64,000 nt of DNA. Origin: Paraspadella gotoi (taxonomy: Eukaryota > Animalia > Chaetognatha). The stretch lies in the NCBI GenBank assembly GCA_051294375.1, contig CM119266.1, forward strand, positions 16,672,087 to 16,736,086, given 5' to 3'. Under the pieces are notes generated by a model. It was not told the origin of the DNA and did no database searches. It saw nothing but the letters and a program-made list of their open reading frames with translations. Of this stretch, positions 1 through 13,343 are shown in pieces. The number at the start of each line of letters is the position of its first letter. Position 1 is the stretch's first letter. A program made the translations under genes and the position numbers.

Positions 1-2015
1 AGACTTGAAGCCGCTGCTACCAATTCGCAAACGAGAACGACGAGTTTGACAGAAACCGATGCGAATTCTGCCAAAAAAAAAGTTTTTTTTTTTGTTTTTC
101 TTTTTGCTGAAAGAAAAAAAAAAAAACGAAAAAGAAAAGAAAAGATCGAAGGAAAGGAATCAGGCAGAAAGAAAACCAAAATGGTGGAATAAGAAAAACG
201 CGATTGAATGTGAAAAATCTGTCTAAGACGGAATTCCTGGGGAAAAACGCAATGAAATGAATGAAGTGAAATGAAACGACAAAAATGAGAAATGTGGAAG
301 AAATGGAATGATAAAAACAAAACATGAAATCTTGGGCTAAGAAAAAAGAATAAAGAAAAAATGACTCGAGGGTTTGATTTCAAAGTGGAAAAACAAGAAG
401 GTTTTACTTTGGGAGTTAATAAACAAGACCGTAATAGGGTAGAGCCTTGATTGAAAGGTTGCAGGGACTTGCTAAGTCAGTTAACTTGTTACCCTGTAAA
501 GCTTGTCAAAAGTCAGAAGGCAAGATAACTTATTTATTAAATGAATGTTAAATGTTTTTTTCTTTTTTTTTTCTTTCTCCTTCCTCTTTTTTTTTCGAAA
601 CTCGAAACTCTGATACGCGTGATTTGTACATGAACCTTTCCCATCAAAATTTTACTTTCTATGCTTATTTTGTCAACATATTATCCAATATCCATAGACA
701 GATAAACAGACTGACTGACCTCAAAGTCTTTCAAGACTTATAATCAAAGAAGACAAAAGCGAACCGGAAGCTGAAGCATGTAAAAGTCACAAGGAAAAAA
801 ACGAGAAAAGACTGACGAAAAACGAAACATTAAAAAAGAAGAAAAAATGACGGTCAGAGTGACAGACCGCGGGAAAAAAGAGGAGGAAATAGAGAAGAAG
901 AGACGGAGAGACGCAAAGAGCCATAAAGAAGATTGAAGTAAAAACTCAAAAGAAAAGAAAACGGAAGAATAATTTCAAAATAAAAAGTTTAAAAAATTTA
1001 AAAAAAAATTAATTAGATCTATATATTTATGAAAACGATGGGTGTTTGTACTATAATTTATTATAAACCGTCTGAAAGGTGACGATGACAGGGACGACGA
1101 CAACGGCAACGACATGGACGACCAACCGAAGATAACGGCGTCGCCGAGGGCGGCATTAAAGTCCATAACATCGCGTCCTGTCACGACGAAGATTGCGAAG
1201 TATATGACGAGGATGACAAAGGACGAAGCGCCTCCTGATTTTTAACATACATTATGAAAAAGGAAGAGAAAGAACGACGGCGATAATGAGAAGTGTGAAC
1301 GCGACGAGATTCGAACGAACTCAGTCGACAAAAACAATAGGATCAACAGCACCGAAGAATATTTGCGAGGTCGCAGGAAATCGCTGACACTGACGAATGA
1401 CCTCTTGACGTTTGACGGACGTCGTCGTCGTTGTCGTCGTCGTAGTCTTCCTCAAATATCTCGTTGCAGGAAAAGAAGGAGGCGGAGCGTGGGGACACCG
1501 GGGTGAAGGGGGCGAACGGAAAAGCCATCTCCAGAAGAGCGCTTCTTTGATGAGAGAATTGGCGGCTATAAGTATTGAGAAAAGGCAGGTTTGACACACC
1601 AAAAAGAAAAAAAAAACAAAAAAACCCGACGATACTGTATTTCTATGGCGCCTTTCAAAGATAGATATGTTTTTTTTTGTCTTTTTGTGGGTGAGGTTAC
1701 TAACTCTCCCACATCTGGGTAACTAGCAATTTCATAATGACGCACAAGTTTTAGTGTCGTGAAGACTGAAAATGAATTTTAAGAAATTAACGCAACCTTC
1801 AGTACAATTTGTCTAATTTATTTCGTGAAATTTTTAGTCGGATCTGCTTATCAGCAGATCCCGACTCTATAATTCACTTTGTCGGTCCGTCGGTCCGCCC
1901 CCTCAATATTGTCGGGCACTAACTTATATCATGTCAGAACATCGAATTATGATTAATTATGCAATAAAAATGATGTCCGCCCGTCCGTCCGTCCGCCCGT
2001 CCCACCTTAGCAAAA

Positions 2016-2298
2016 AACACCAATTACTCAAGATTGGATGGATGGATTGGAATGAAATTTTGTGTGTTGGTAGGGAAGTGTGTGATTGAGCTGTATATGA
2101 AGTTTCGATGGAATCGTCCAAGTGAGTTTAAATGGAAAAAATAAAAAAATAAATTTCACTATTTGAACACCAATTACTCAAGAGTGAAATTTTGTATTTG
2201 CGTAGGAAAGTGTGTGATTAAGCTGGAAATCAAGTTTCGATGGAATCGTTTGAGTGGAAATGAGTTTAAATGGAAAAAAAACAAAAAACCTGTTTCAC
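2016..2298 (+). repeat. Two-copy direct repeat (~140-150 bp) within the HINE
   Basis: AACACCAATTACTCAAGA...GAAATTTTGT...AAGTTTCGATGGAATCGT...GAGTTTAAATGGAAAAAA...TTTCACTA occurs at about 2016 and about 2166. Confidence 0.8.
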
Positions 2299-2309
2299 TA
2301 ATTGATTAT

Positions 2310-2770
2310 GAAGACGTGAAAAAAACCGCCGTCATTACGTTGTATGTTTTCCCCCGCTGTCCATTCGGCCTCAAAAACGCTGGACAGGACTTCCAGCGGC
2401 TTATAGACGAAGTCCTGGGAGATATACCCCATACTTTTGTTTACCTCGACGATATCCTCGTCGCCTTGACAACGCCAGAAGAACATCTTCAGGATCTTGA
2501 CCGCATTTTCAAGGCCCTCGATGCAAATGGTCTCGTGGTAAACACGAAAAAGTGTCTGTTGGGCCAGGACTCTCTGGAGTTCCTAGGGTTCTTTGTCGAT
2601 AAGAACGGAATGAGGCCGCTTCCAGAACGCGTTCAAACGCTACAGGAAACTGCTCGACCAACGACGATAAAGGAACTGCAGAGATTTCTGGGGATGATTA
2701 ATTACTACAGGCGTTTCATCCCCAGAAGTCGCCCCTCACAGATGCGCTCCCTTGTACAAGGCCCTCAGTG
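2310..2770 (+). pseudogene. Ty3/Gypsy LTR-retrotransposon reverse transcriptase fragment
   Basis: KTAVIT-LYVF.RCPFGLKNAGQDFQRLIDEVL...FVYLDDILVA...EEHLQDL..IF..L..NGL..N.KKC......LEFLGF...TTIKELQRFLGMINYYRRFIP. The YLDD motif is intact, but the fragment is truncated at both ends, has a deletion in the TPFG motif, and shows no LTRs. Confidence 0.92.
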
Positions 2771-3167
2771 GCATCTCCCGACCAATCTCGACACCCGCTC
2801 ACACGTTTTCATCAGGCGAGCAGACGTTCACCCTCCACTTACAGCAGCCATATGAAGGACACTTAACCGTGTAGTGAATCGCAACGGCCTAATGTCACCA
2901 TCAAAATCCCAAAGTAAGGCGCGTGAAACGCTAAACATCGCCCGCGAGACGAGTCAATCCCCAGAAGCGAGAAGAGAGAATCACAACAACAAACAACAAC
3001 AAAAAAAGAAAAAACAAACAAACGATCAAAAGATTCTCAAAACCAACGCCAGAGAACTTTTCTAGCAGGATGCCAAACCACTAATCGACCACTTACTCTG
3101 TCGTGCTCAAGGAGATGCTTGAACGTCAAAAAATACAGAATGACAACTAAACAACGACGAAGAAAAC

Positions 3168-4249
3168 AAAAATAAAACCCCCCTGTTGACCTTAATGACA
3201 GTCGAGCATCTTCGTCGCAGCATCCTCTCCTCCTCCTGTCTCTCGCTCCGACTGTCAATATTACATCGTTTACCCATAGTGTTTTTGGTTATTTTGTAAA
3301 TTTTTGTTGTTTATTTTGGTAATTTATGCAATTTTTCAATTTTAGATTTTGTGAAATTTTATTTTTCGTTGCACATTTTTAAAAAACCGGTCTTTTAGAC
3401 CTTGTTGTAAATATATTACTTATATTTTTGATTATATTTTAATTATCAACATACTTTCAGTCACATCAAGATGGACGACAACATTTTTGTTTTAAATATA
3501 TTTAACCATATATTACTAACAGGGGGCATGCGACCACTTGAGCGAATCAGATTCTTTTATAGAAAAATTCATCCATGGTAGGATTTTGAAACGTCAAACT
3601 TCAAGTTCTGAGTGACTCGAAGCTACAGCTCTGGGCCACTCAGACAGCCCTGATATCTCCAGTGATTTGGTTTCATTTTAAAGCTTTTAAAATCCTCGAT
3701 TTAGAAATCTTTTGTTTTTCTTAAAACAGTTGCTCTGTTCACCAAAAGATGTCTTTGTTTTAAAATAGGTTTAGAATTCTCTGAGGAATCAGGATCGTCT
3801 GGATGGCTCTGAGTTGTAACTCAGGTCGTCCAGAGTTGAGTTCGATGGTTCGAATCCCATAAGTGGAGAATTATTTCTGTAATAGATTTGATTCACTCGA
3901 GCGGCTCCATGGCCCCCTCTGTTATAATATATGGTCTTAAATATTAGAAACAAATAATTGTTGTCGTCTATATCTCGAGTGAATTGAACAGAATTGTTGA
4001 TAAATAATATAGTATGCTACTAAAATACAATAATATTCACAACAGGTCTCGTATCGGTTAGAACATGCAAAAACGTTTTCAAAATGAAAATACCAAAATA
4101 CAAAAATTTGAAAAATACGCAAATACATAAAATACTTTATATATATAGTGTATACAATTGACAGTTGGAGCTCGGAGACGGAGGAAGACGAGGATGCCGG
4201 GAGAAGAAGCTCCAACTGTCAATTAGGTCAACAGGGGGTTTTATTTTTT
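3168..4249. mobile_element. Degenerate foldback/MITE-like element (~1.08 kb palindrome)
   Basis: The termini AAAACCCCC(C)TGTTGACC and GGTCAACAGGGGGTTTT are inverted. 3180-3260 matches the reverse complement of 4157-4238, and 3505-3660 matches the reverse complement of 3780-3935. Centre at about 3730. Confidence 0.75.
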
Positions 4250-5779
4250 ATTTTTTTTATTTATTAAATTATGCAAGTTGAAAAAATTATGCAAGTTGAA
4301 AAATTAAGCGAGTTCAAAAAATGACGCGAGTTAAAAAATTTTAAAAAAATATTTTGATTTATCATCTGATTAGCAGATTACCCTTTAATTATTGTAGGCA
4401 GATCCGACATTGTTTGCTCAAACGAGCGAGGATCATATCTGTTTACCAAAACGCTTTGATTTGCGAATATTTTTAAATTTAAAAATGGTAAAACATGCCG
4501 AAAATATCATGACCAGAATTTCAAAAGGCCAAATATATTTTGAATAAATTTTTTTCCCCCAGTATTTATTCGTTTTCGGAGAACTCTTTGACTTTGACAG
4601 TTTTAGATAAAGAGCGCGTGGACTGAGAAACAAATTTATACAATTTAATGGAAGGCAGCTTAGCCTTCACGACAATTTTCGATTCTGTTTTTGGCGGTTG
4701 CTCTCCAAATTAGTATCCCTGGCATCTTGGAGAGAGCGTAATAAGAGAAAATTGCTCCTAAGCGACAACGAGGATGACGGCGGAGGCGGCGGTGGCGCTG
4801 GCAATGGCGGCGGCGATGGCGGGGGAAGAATCGTAAAACCTAAGTCTGATCGAATTGGGCCCTCGGATCGGATTTCGACGCCAGAATTGCGGCCTTCCCT
4901 TCTATTTTTAGCATCTTATACTTCTCTTAATTCCACGCCCACCGAGAGAGTCTCTGCTTCAAGAAAGATGTGAATTGTCGGCCTACGTCAATCCAAAGAA
5001 ACGATGAAAGGCGAAATAATTTAGTCGAAATATTACGGAGAAAAGCTAATGGTGAAAATCGGGGAAAAAAAGACCGTCACGAAATACGAGATGAACCACA
5101 GAGAACAGCAGCAGACAACCGACAGTAAACTCTAAACTGTGACAGAGATTTCCGACTGTTCACGGCGGCATCAAATGAAAGCGGTAGTGGGCCGGCGACC
5201 GAATGTGACGGCGTCGAGAACTCAGCGTCCAATTTTGGCGCAGCTTTGGCGGGAAATTAACGACGAAGCCTGCGATTGATTTAAAGTTAAGAAAAGAAGA
5301 CCTTGGGAGAGAGAGAGGAGAGAAAAGGAAAGAAAGAAAGAAAGAATAAAGAAGGAAAAAGAAAGATAAGGAAAGATGATTCAAGAAAAAACCAGCAAAA
5401 AAAAGAAGAATGGAGAAAGAAAAAAGAAAAGCAAAAGAAAGAAAGATACAGTAAAAAGAAAGAAGAAAGGAACAGGAAATAAAGATAAATTAGATTGTTA
5501 GAAAAGAGCATGAGGATGAGATGAGAAAGAGAGACGGAAAGCCTGATTAAGGGAAGTAAGAAAGAAATACAAGAAAGGAGATGATAGAAGAGAGAGGCGG
5601 AAAGATGAGGAAGATGAGAAGAGATGAGAGAAATGAGGATGACGAGATGTGTAGGATACAGAAGAGGAAGAGACGAAAAATGCTCGATCCTAGGAAGTGC
5701 GGTCGAGAGAAAGGAGTTTTAACGGGAAAGGCAGCGAGACTGCGAGCACTTTACCAGATAAAAGATAATGTAGTCCGGT

Positions 5780-6027
5780 ATAAGAGAGGAGTGAATGATA
5801 AAAGAGGAAAGGGAGGGAGAGGAAAAAGAGAGAAGGAGAGAAGGGAACTCAGGGAAGGGAGAAAGAGAGGAGGAAAGAGAGAGAAGAGAGGAGAGAGGAG
5901 AGAGAGACGAGAGGGAGAGAGGATGTAATGAGTGATGAAAAAGAGGAAAGTCGATGGGAGAGGGGAGAGAGGAGAGAGGAGGAGGGAACTCAGGGAGGGA
6001 GAAAGAGAGAGAGAGAGAGAGAGAGAT

Positions 6028-6076
<49 letters not shown>

Positions 6077-6371
6077 TGAAAAAAGAGGAAAGGCGAACGG
6101 GAGAGGGGAGAAAAAGAGAGGAGGAGGGAACTCAGGGAAAGGGAGAAAGAGAGAGAGAAGAGAGAGAGAAGATAGAGAGAGGAGAGAGATTGATGAAAAA
6201 AGAGGGAAAGGCGACGGGAGGAGGGGAGAGAGGAGGAGAGGAGGAGGGAACTCGAGCGAGAAAGGAGAGAGAGAAAGAGAAAGATAGAGAGAGAGAGATG
6301 AGGAGGGGAGAGAGAGTGATGAAAAAAGAGGAAAGGCGACGAGAGAGGGGAGAAGAGAAATCAGGAATAGG

Positions 6372-6409
<38 letters not shown>

Positions 6410-6480
6410 TGAAAAAAGAGGAAAGGCGACGGGAGAGGGGAAAGAGGAGAGAGGAGGAGGGAACTCAGGGAAAGGGAGAA
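5780..6480 (+). repeat. Purine-rich compound minisatellite
   Basis: Recurring GAGTGATGAAAAAAGAGGAAAGGCGA... and GAGGAGGGAACTCAGGGAAAGGGAGAAA modules (about 5-6 copies) separated by (AG)n. Confidence 0.8.
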
Positions 6481-7200
6481 AAACGCCCCCAAACTATTTG
6501 GGTTCGAGAAACTGGTGACTCTGGGTTCCCAACCCCATTTCCTTTCTCCCTCGATCTCATAATCCTCAATCTTCCAATTTCGCTTTTTCGATCCGAGATC
6601 CTTGTCACCCACGGACCTTTCTTTCAATTCAACCCGTTTCTTTCCTTCCGCCCTGAAGCCGCTATCTTACTCTCCTACCGGGGAACTTCCCTTTTTACTT
6701 TATCTGTCCCGGAGCCATTTTTTTAAAATATAAAACGAAAAACATAAGATACCTTTCGATCCCTTTTTTCTTTTAAAACTTATTTAGGCAACTGACTGAA
6801 ATCGCCCCATTTATTTTATTTCGCTTTTACTTTTAATCAATACTTTATCAATACCCATCTGTTAATTTCAATAGAACTTGAGAAGGAATGGAATAACGCG
6901 ATGGCACCATCGAATCAGCTTCGCGTTGCCCGACCGTTGACCTCTGCCTCTGAGCTCTATGCAATCCCCTCATTCACCTCCTCCTCCTCCTCCTCCTCCT
7001 CCCTTCTTTCGCATCATCTTCATCATTTTTCACAACCTCCTTTTTCTCATTCTCCCGCTCGTTCTCCTCTCCCTTATTCTCCTCGTTCTCTTCGTTCTCC
7101 TCATCTTTTGTGACTCCTCCTCCTTTTCTTCCCACGCCAATCCTTTCGTCTCGCCAGTTCTCACTTCTTCTTCCTCTCGCTCTCTCTCTCTACTCTTCCT

Positions 7201-7276
<76 letters not shown>

Positions 7277-8108
7277 CCTCCCCTCCCCTTCTCTCTTCGT
7301 TCCAAATCTTCCCACCTTCAGTTTTCCATCAAAGCGAGACTAAAGGTGGCGCGGCGAGGGTAATGGGGAATGGGCGTGGTTTGTCCCTACTTCAGCCCAC
7401 GAGTGATTCCCGCGAGGAGGAGAAACCTTTTTTCTTGACATTGTCACGGCGGCGACGGCGTCGTCCCCGCCGCCGCCGCATCCGCCGCCGCAACGACCGC
7501 TGCCGCCGCGTCACGTTTATCTCGGTTTGTTCCCCGAATCCATTTCTAATCGTTAGTTCGACGTCAGTGACACCGGAGTCGGCCTCTTATCCGTTGTAAG
7601 TAGACGTCTTGAGTTGACGTTCGGTCGAGGTCGTCGACATCGTCGTCGTCGTCGCTATCGTCGTCATTGTTCACGATATCTTTCGCGGAAAAGCATTCCC
7701 GATCGAAAAGGAGATAAACGGGAGAACAAGTAGGAGAAAAGAGTCGGGGAATTGTTCGCCGAGCTCAAAGTGCTGACGATTGATATATGATTATGGGAAC
7801 TGGAGAATATTTCCTGGATGGACCAGCGGATTTAGGAGCAACGCAGAGGTGGAATTGGACATGGCATAATGGTGACGATACGTGGCGTCAAGGAAAGCGT
7901 TGGGAGTATTTAGTTACGAAAAGCATTGAGCAAACTATTAAGTTATTTATTATTAGTTATTATTAATTATTGCCGAAACGATGAAGTAGGAATAAAAAAA
8001 ATATAAAAAAAGATGGTGATAAAAATAAGGAACAAAAGATTCAGAAATTATGTAAGATAGACCGGTCTTGGGATAAAAATCGATCACACGCACGCGCGTC
8101 CCTCTAAG

Positions 8109-8211
<103 letters not shown>

Positions 8212-8294
8212 CGTGGAAAGATGATGACGGCCCCTCAATCGGGCGTATCAAGCCATTCAAAAAATGATATAGAAAATTCAGTCATCACGAAAAA

Positions 8295-8329
<35 letters not shown>

Positions 8330-9452
8330 GAGAAGCGGGAAGATTCAAGTCGATATATAAATTTTCGCCATGGAAGGTCAAAGGTCAGACGATTAAGGGT
8401 CTGATTTCTTATAAATTGGTCGGTGATAAATCGGGGATAATGTCTTCTTTGACGTCACGCCGGTCTCGTCAACTTCGTCGTCGTAATCGTCGTCGTCGTC
8501 GTCGTCGTCGTAGCACATCTTGGTCGTTATCGATGTTGTCTCGTCGGAAGCGAGTCGGTAACCTTGACGACGAAGGTTGCTCCCAGCTTTTCTTTTCCCC
8601 GGGAATTTTTAATACGTTTTTGTTCTTAATTTCGAAGGAGAAATTATCGTCGCTGGTTTGAGAGTTGCGATGAAAGAGAGGAAAACTCTCTCTCTCTTTC
8701 TCTCTCTCTCTCTCTGTCTCTCTCTCTTTTACTATTTAAATTTTTAACGCTGACAAAGAGAAAAAAATCTCACAATTTTAGGAATAGAATATTAAAAAAA
8801 AAAAGTTGATAAGAAGCTTAAAAACTAAATTAAAAATTAAAAAAAAAAAAAAGTTGATAAGAAGCTTAAAAACTAATGCTGTTTTATCCTACCCGTCCCC
8901 GCTCCCTTTCCCTCTTTGCCCCTTTCTCCTCTTCTTATCCCTTCTCATCTCATTCTATTTTCCATTTCCCTTTTCCTCCTTCCTTTGTCCACTTTTCCAC
9001 TTCCCTTTTACCCTAATCCTTTTTCCCCGCTGCCCTTTTCTCCTTTTCTATTTTTCTTGAAAAGGTCAAAGTCTCGCGCCATTTAATTCGCTTCATCGAA
9101 GTCCATCGTCTTTCCTGTCATCATCTTCGTCATCATCTTCGTCATCATCTTCGTCATCGTCATCCCTGCTTTTCTCATCGAAAGATTCTTATCTCTTCAT
9201 CGGGATCGTTCCCCGCCCTCGACTGCGTCAACGATGGCATTCGTCATGATTCTTTCAACTGATAAACTGATAAAAACGCAAAACCATTTTGACTTCAAGG
9301 ACAGCAGCGACAACAACGACGACTTCACGCGAGCGTCCATCACGTCAACAATCCGACAACAAATCTTTTGTTTTTTAATGCGATGGAAAGTGGACGCCGG
9401 GCGGCGCCCCTGGCGGCCGCTGCGACCAAGAAAAATAAAAATGACCGCTCTT

Positions 9453-9521
<69 letters not shown>

Positions 9522-11332
9522 GTCTCCCCGGCGGGGAAATGACAAAAAAAAGTTAAAAAAAATGAATATATGAAAAGCATGGAACAAAAGGCGGTCGTTT
9601 ATTCACCTGACGCCGTCTCTTCACGCTTCGCGGCGCCTCAGACTTTTCATTATGAATCGAAGGTGAATCGAAAATTAGAAAGAAAAAAAAAAAAGAAGAA
9701 TTGGATCGCGTTGAATCGACGAGGATCCAACGAGCGGCGCCATCTTTGATGTCAAAGAACAGAAGAACAAAAGGTAATTTCTGGTTTCCTGTAGAAGAAT
9801 ATGAAAAAAATTGAATTATAAATGAATCCATGAGCTTGATGACAAAATTTATCTCGTTAAATAAATTAAACTATCCAATATTTATTATAGTCCATTTTAT
9901 AATGTAGCCATCCGAGCAATCGAAACGTGGTAGAAAAGTATCAAGTAACATAAAAGGTCGTTATTAAAAAGAAAAAAAATCAATAAAGGAACCGGTGGGC
10001 GAATATTGGCCTCTGACCGGCGAAGACCCGTTATTCGAGCATTCAATCTCTCGACTTCCTCGGCCCTTCTTTCTCCCATTCTCTTACAATCGCCTTTCTC
10101 GCCCTCACTTCCTCTCTCGCTGGAGCACATTGAGCATTTGGCTCCGTTATTCCGTCTCCCACTAAGCTTTACCAAGTCGTCGCCCCACTGCACCCGAATA
10201 ACCTTAAAATATGTGCCGAGAAAAAAAAAAAGGGTTCTTCATCATCGAGGTCCGGTCTTTTGTCCCCCCCTCCTCATTTCTCCTTCTTTACCCTCTTTTT
10301 TTTTTCTGAAGGGGTGGGGGGGGGGGCGTGGCGAGCGATTGACATCCGGTTCGGTCCTTTCCTCTTTCTTTTTTCCTTACCTCTTCTCTCCGGTGCTGGT
10401 TCCACCCGCGGAGGGCAATTTCAGCGGCGACAAAAAGGTCAGGTTTTTTTCCTTTCCTCTTATCAAAAGTTTGGGTCATTCTCGGGGTCGGAGGTCGGCG
10501 GTCGGGGCCCATAAAGAAGTCCATCTTTGGTTATAAGAATTTCCATCAGGAAACGAGGAGGAAAAGCCCTAGCTTCTTCCCTCCCACCGGTTCCGGAATT
10601 TTTTTTTTTTTTTTTGCCCTTCAATTTTATACTTTCTTTTTTTTTTATCGCCCTATATGTTGGGTACACTCCGTCTCTTATTATATACTACTGTGCACGT
10701 ACTACATCATTCGAAGCAAATAAAGATACAACTCTTCAGACCGTGCATTGGTTCGTTTCATTAACCTTTACTCTCTCAAGTGTTACACTGTTACAATCTA
10801 CATGTAAATGCAAATTTTAGCTTAACGTTAACGAAAACGAATGTTGAGGAGCTGACATACCTACTATATCAAGTTCATGACTAATAAGCTCTTAGAAAAA
10901 CCGAGAAACGTCCCCCATGTAAATTAGCCCAGACGGTTCACTCGTCTTGACTCACTCACTCCTTTTTTCGGTTTTTATGGAAATTTTTTCCTTCAAAATT
11001 TTTTTTTTTTTCTCTTTCGTCTCTGGAGAGAAAATTTGTCTCCTTCGACTTGGAAAAGAAGGTCGAGTCTCGATTGTGTTTGTTTTTCTCGATGAGCCTC
11101 TCTTCACTACTATCATTACTCCTCTAATTTATTTAATCTTTATTACTACCTATGCACATTTCCTAGTACTTTTTCTACTTGTTTATTTCCTCATCATAAC
11201 CGGTCGTAACCGTTGTGTTTTTTTTTTCACTGAGGAACGAGTTGAGACTGAGAAGCCCCTCGTCTCTCTTGCGTCTGTCGTCTAAACCTGTTTCAAACGT
11301 GGACGAGATATGAAGAGAGGCTTAGCTTGAAG

Positions 11333-11373
<41 letters not shown>

Positions 11374-11520
11374 CTCTCTCTCTTTCGTTTTTTCACTCCC
11401 TGTTTCGCATGTCGGTAGGAAAAAACAAGGCGTAGATTCCTCTGCCAGCCAAAGGGAATTTTGCATTGCAGATTTACTGGAGTTTTGAATAGCAACGCAA
11501 AGAAAGCAACACGAGAGAGA

Positions 11521-11579
<59 letters not shown>

Positions 11580-13267
11580 AGAGAAATAGATAGAGAGAAA
11601 ACCGATGTTTAAGATCGTGTGCGGATATTAGTACCACACTGCTTTGCTAATGAACCGCTGACGTCAAACCTACAATACTACAAAATGAAGAAAAAAAGTG
11701 AAGAAAAAGTTCTGGGGTCACTCTCGCTCTACTAAGCTTTTACAAATCTTTTCTGATAATTCGCTTTCTCAAGGTTTAAGAAATCCCAAATCAAGTTTGT
11801 GTCAAATGGACTTGAGCAAAATTGATAATAACAATAATAATTATGCGGGGATGATATGAAGGTGATTGGGTTGAAAAATAGAAGATACGCAAAGAAGGGC
11901 AAACAAACACAAAATAGGTAAGGTGAGGAAGGGACAAATAAAAAGGTTAATTCGAGTCGAGAACCATTTTTAAATTTAACAAATATCAAAAGGGAAAGAA
12001 CGATGATATCGTGAGCATCTTAAATTTTTTAATTTTTTTGATATTTAAAAGTAAAATCTAAAAACGTAAAGAGCAGCTTTGACATTAGCCCCACCACTTC
12101 AGAAAAAAAAAAATTTCATTAAAACGAGAGCAAAATGTCAATTGATTCCTTATGGAATCTCCCCCCCCCGCTCTCTCCCGTCTCCATTTCTACTCGACTC
12201 TCGAAAGACGAACCTCGTCTCATATTGGGGTCAAAATTTCAAGATGGAAAATTTAGACCGGAAAGAAAAATAAAAAAGAATAAAAGAATCCGAGGCAGTG
12301 CGAAAAATCTAAAGGAAAAAAAAAAATTAACATTTTGATACAAAAGTATTTTACGAGTTTTATTAAAAAATCCGATGTGGAGAGAGGGCGAGATCAAAAC
12401 CTCCCAAAAAAAAGCGTTAAAATGAAAATGAAAAAAAAAGAAAATTAAATAAATCACATTTTTAATAAAAAAAAAAAAATTCTATTCTAAGACATTAATC
12501 TTGCAAGAATAACTGTAATTGTAAAGAAATTTCATAAATGTAATTTGATTATACGCTACCAGAATTTAAAATGAAAATCTTTCCTCTTCAGATACTGAGA
12601 TAGAGACAGATGGAGAGAGAGAGAGAAAAAAAAAAGTCAAAGAGAAAGAAAATTATAAAAATGTTCCGGTTTAGCAGAGACTTTATTTTGACGACATCAA
12701 ACAGTCAAGAATTCGTAATTTGCTTAGAGTTCGGGTGTGAATGATAAATACCTTTCCTCTCTCATCTCATTTATCAGAGTTTTTCTCCATTTTCTCCTTC
12801 ATTCTTTTTTTCCCTTTTTTCTCCCTTTTCCATATTAGCCCCTCGTTATACGCCGTCGCCCTCTACTTTTCCCCATTTCCTTTATTATTCCGCCTCTCTC
12901 GTCCGGTTACACCTTCCTTTCTTTCCAACGTCTCCTTTCTTTCCTTTTTTTTCCCTCCTCCTTTGTAGTCTTCTCTCCCGCGAAAGTTGTTTGGCCCGAC
13001 GACCAGGCGCGCATCGATCATCGAAGACTTGCCAGAACTTCTACCCTTTAATCTGCCGCCGTCCGTTCATTTCTCTTTGCCAATCCGCTTTACCATCATC
13101 ACTCCTCTCATATTCGCTCCAAATTTAAACGAACCACCCCCCCGAAGCCCCTCCTTCACTCTTGCACCCCGACAAATCGCCTCAAAGATGAATAATGAAT
13201 TTTTGTGTCTGGGGATTCAGAAGATCAACGGCGTCGTGATCCGAATGTGTGAAGGGGAGAGAGAAGA

Positions 13268-13343
<76 letters not shown>

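Larger units (their letters stand above)
1831..4444 (+). mobile_element. Non-autonomous Helentron-associated element (HINE/DINE-1-like), composite
   Basis: 5' T-run, then subTIR GTCGGATCTGC (1837-1847) with an adjacent inverted copy (1854-1865). (GTCC)n microsatellite at about 1880-2000, internal tandem repeats, and 3' subTIR GCAGATCCGAC (4398-4408). A small GCTC-AAAC-GAGC hairpin and a CTGTTT end follow. This is the canonical HINE architecture. Confidence 0.65.

Noticed and set aside
450-510. miR-10-like TACCCTGTA
   Set aside because: Only the first 9 nt match, the rest diverges, and there is no convincing pre-miRNA hairpin.
5581-7363. Long R/E-rich or S/L-rich ORFs (also at ~9200, 13000, 21100, 22800, 32600, 48600, 62600)
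   Set aside because: They are translations of (AG)n/(CT)n and purine-rich repeats that lack stop codons by composition.
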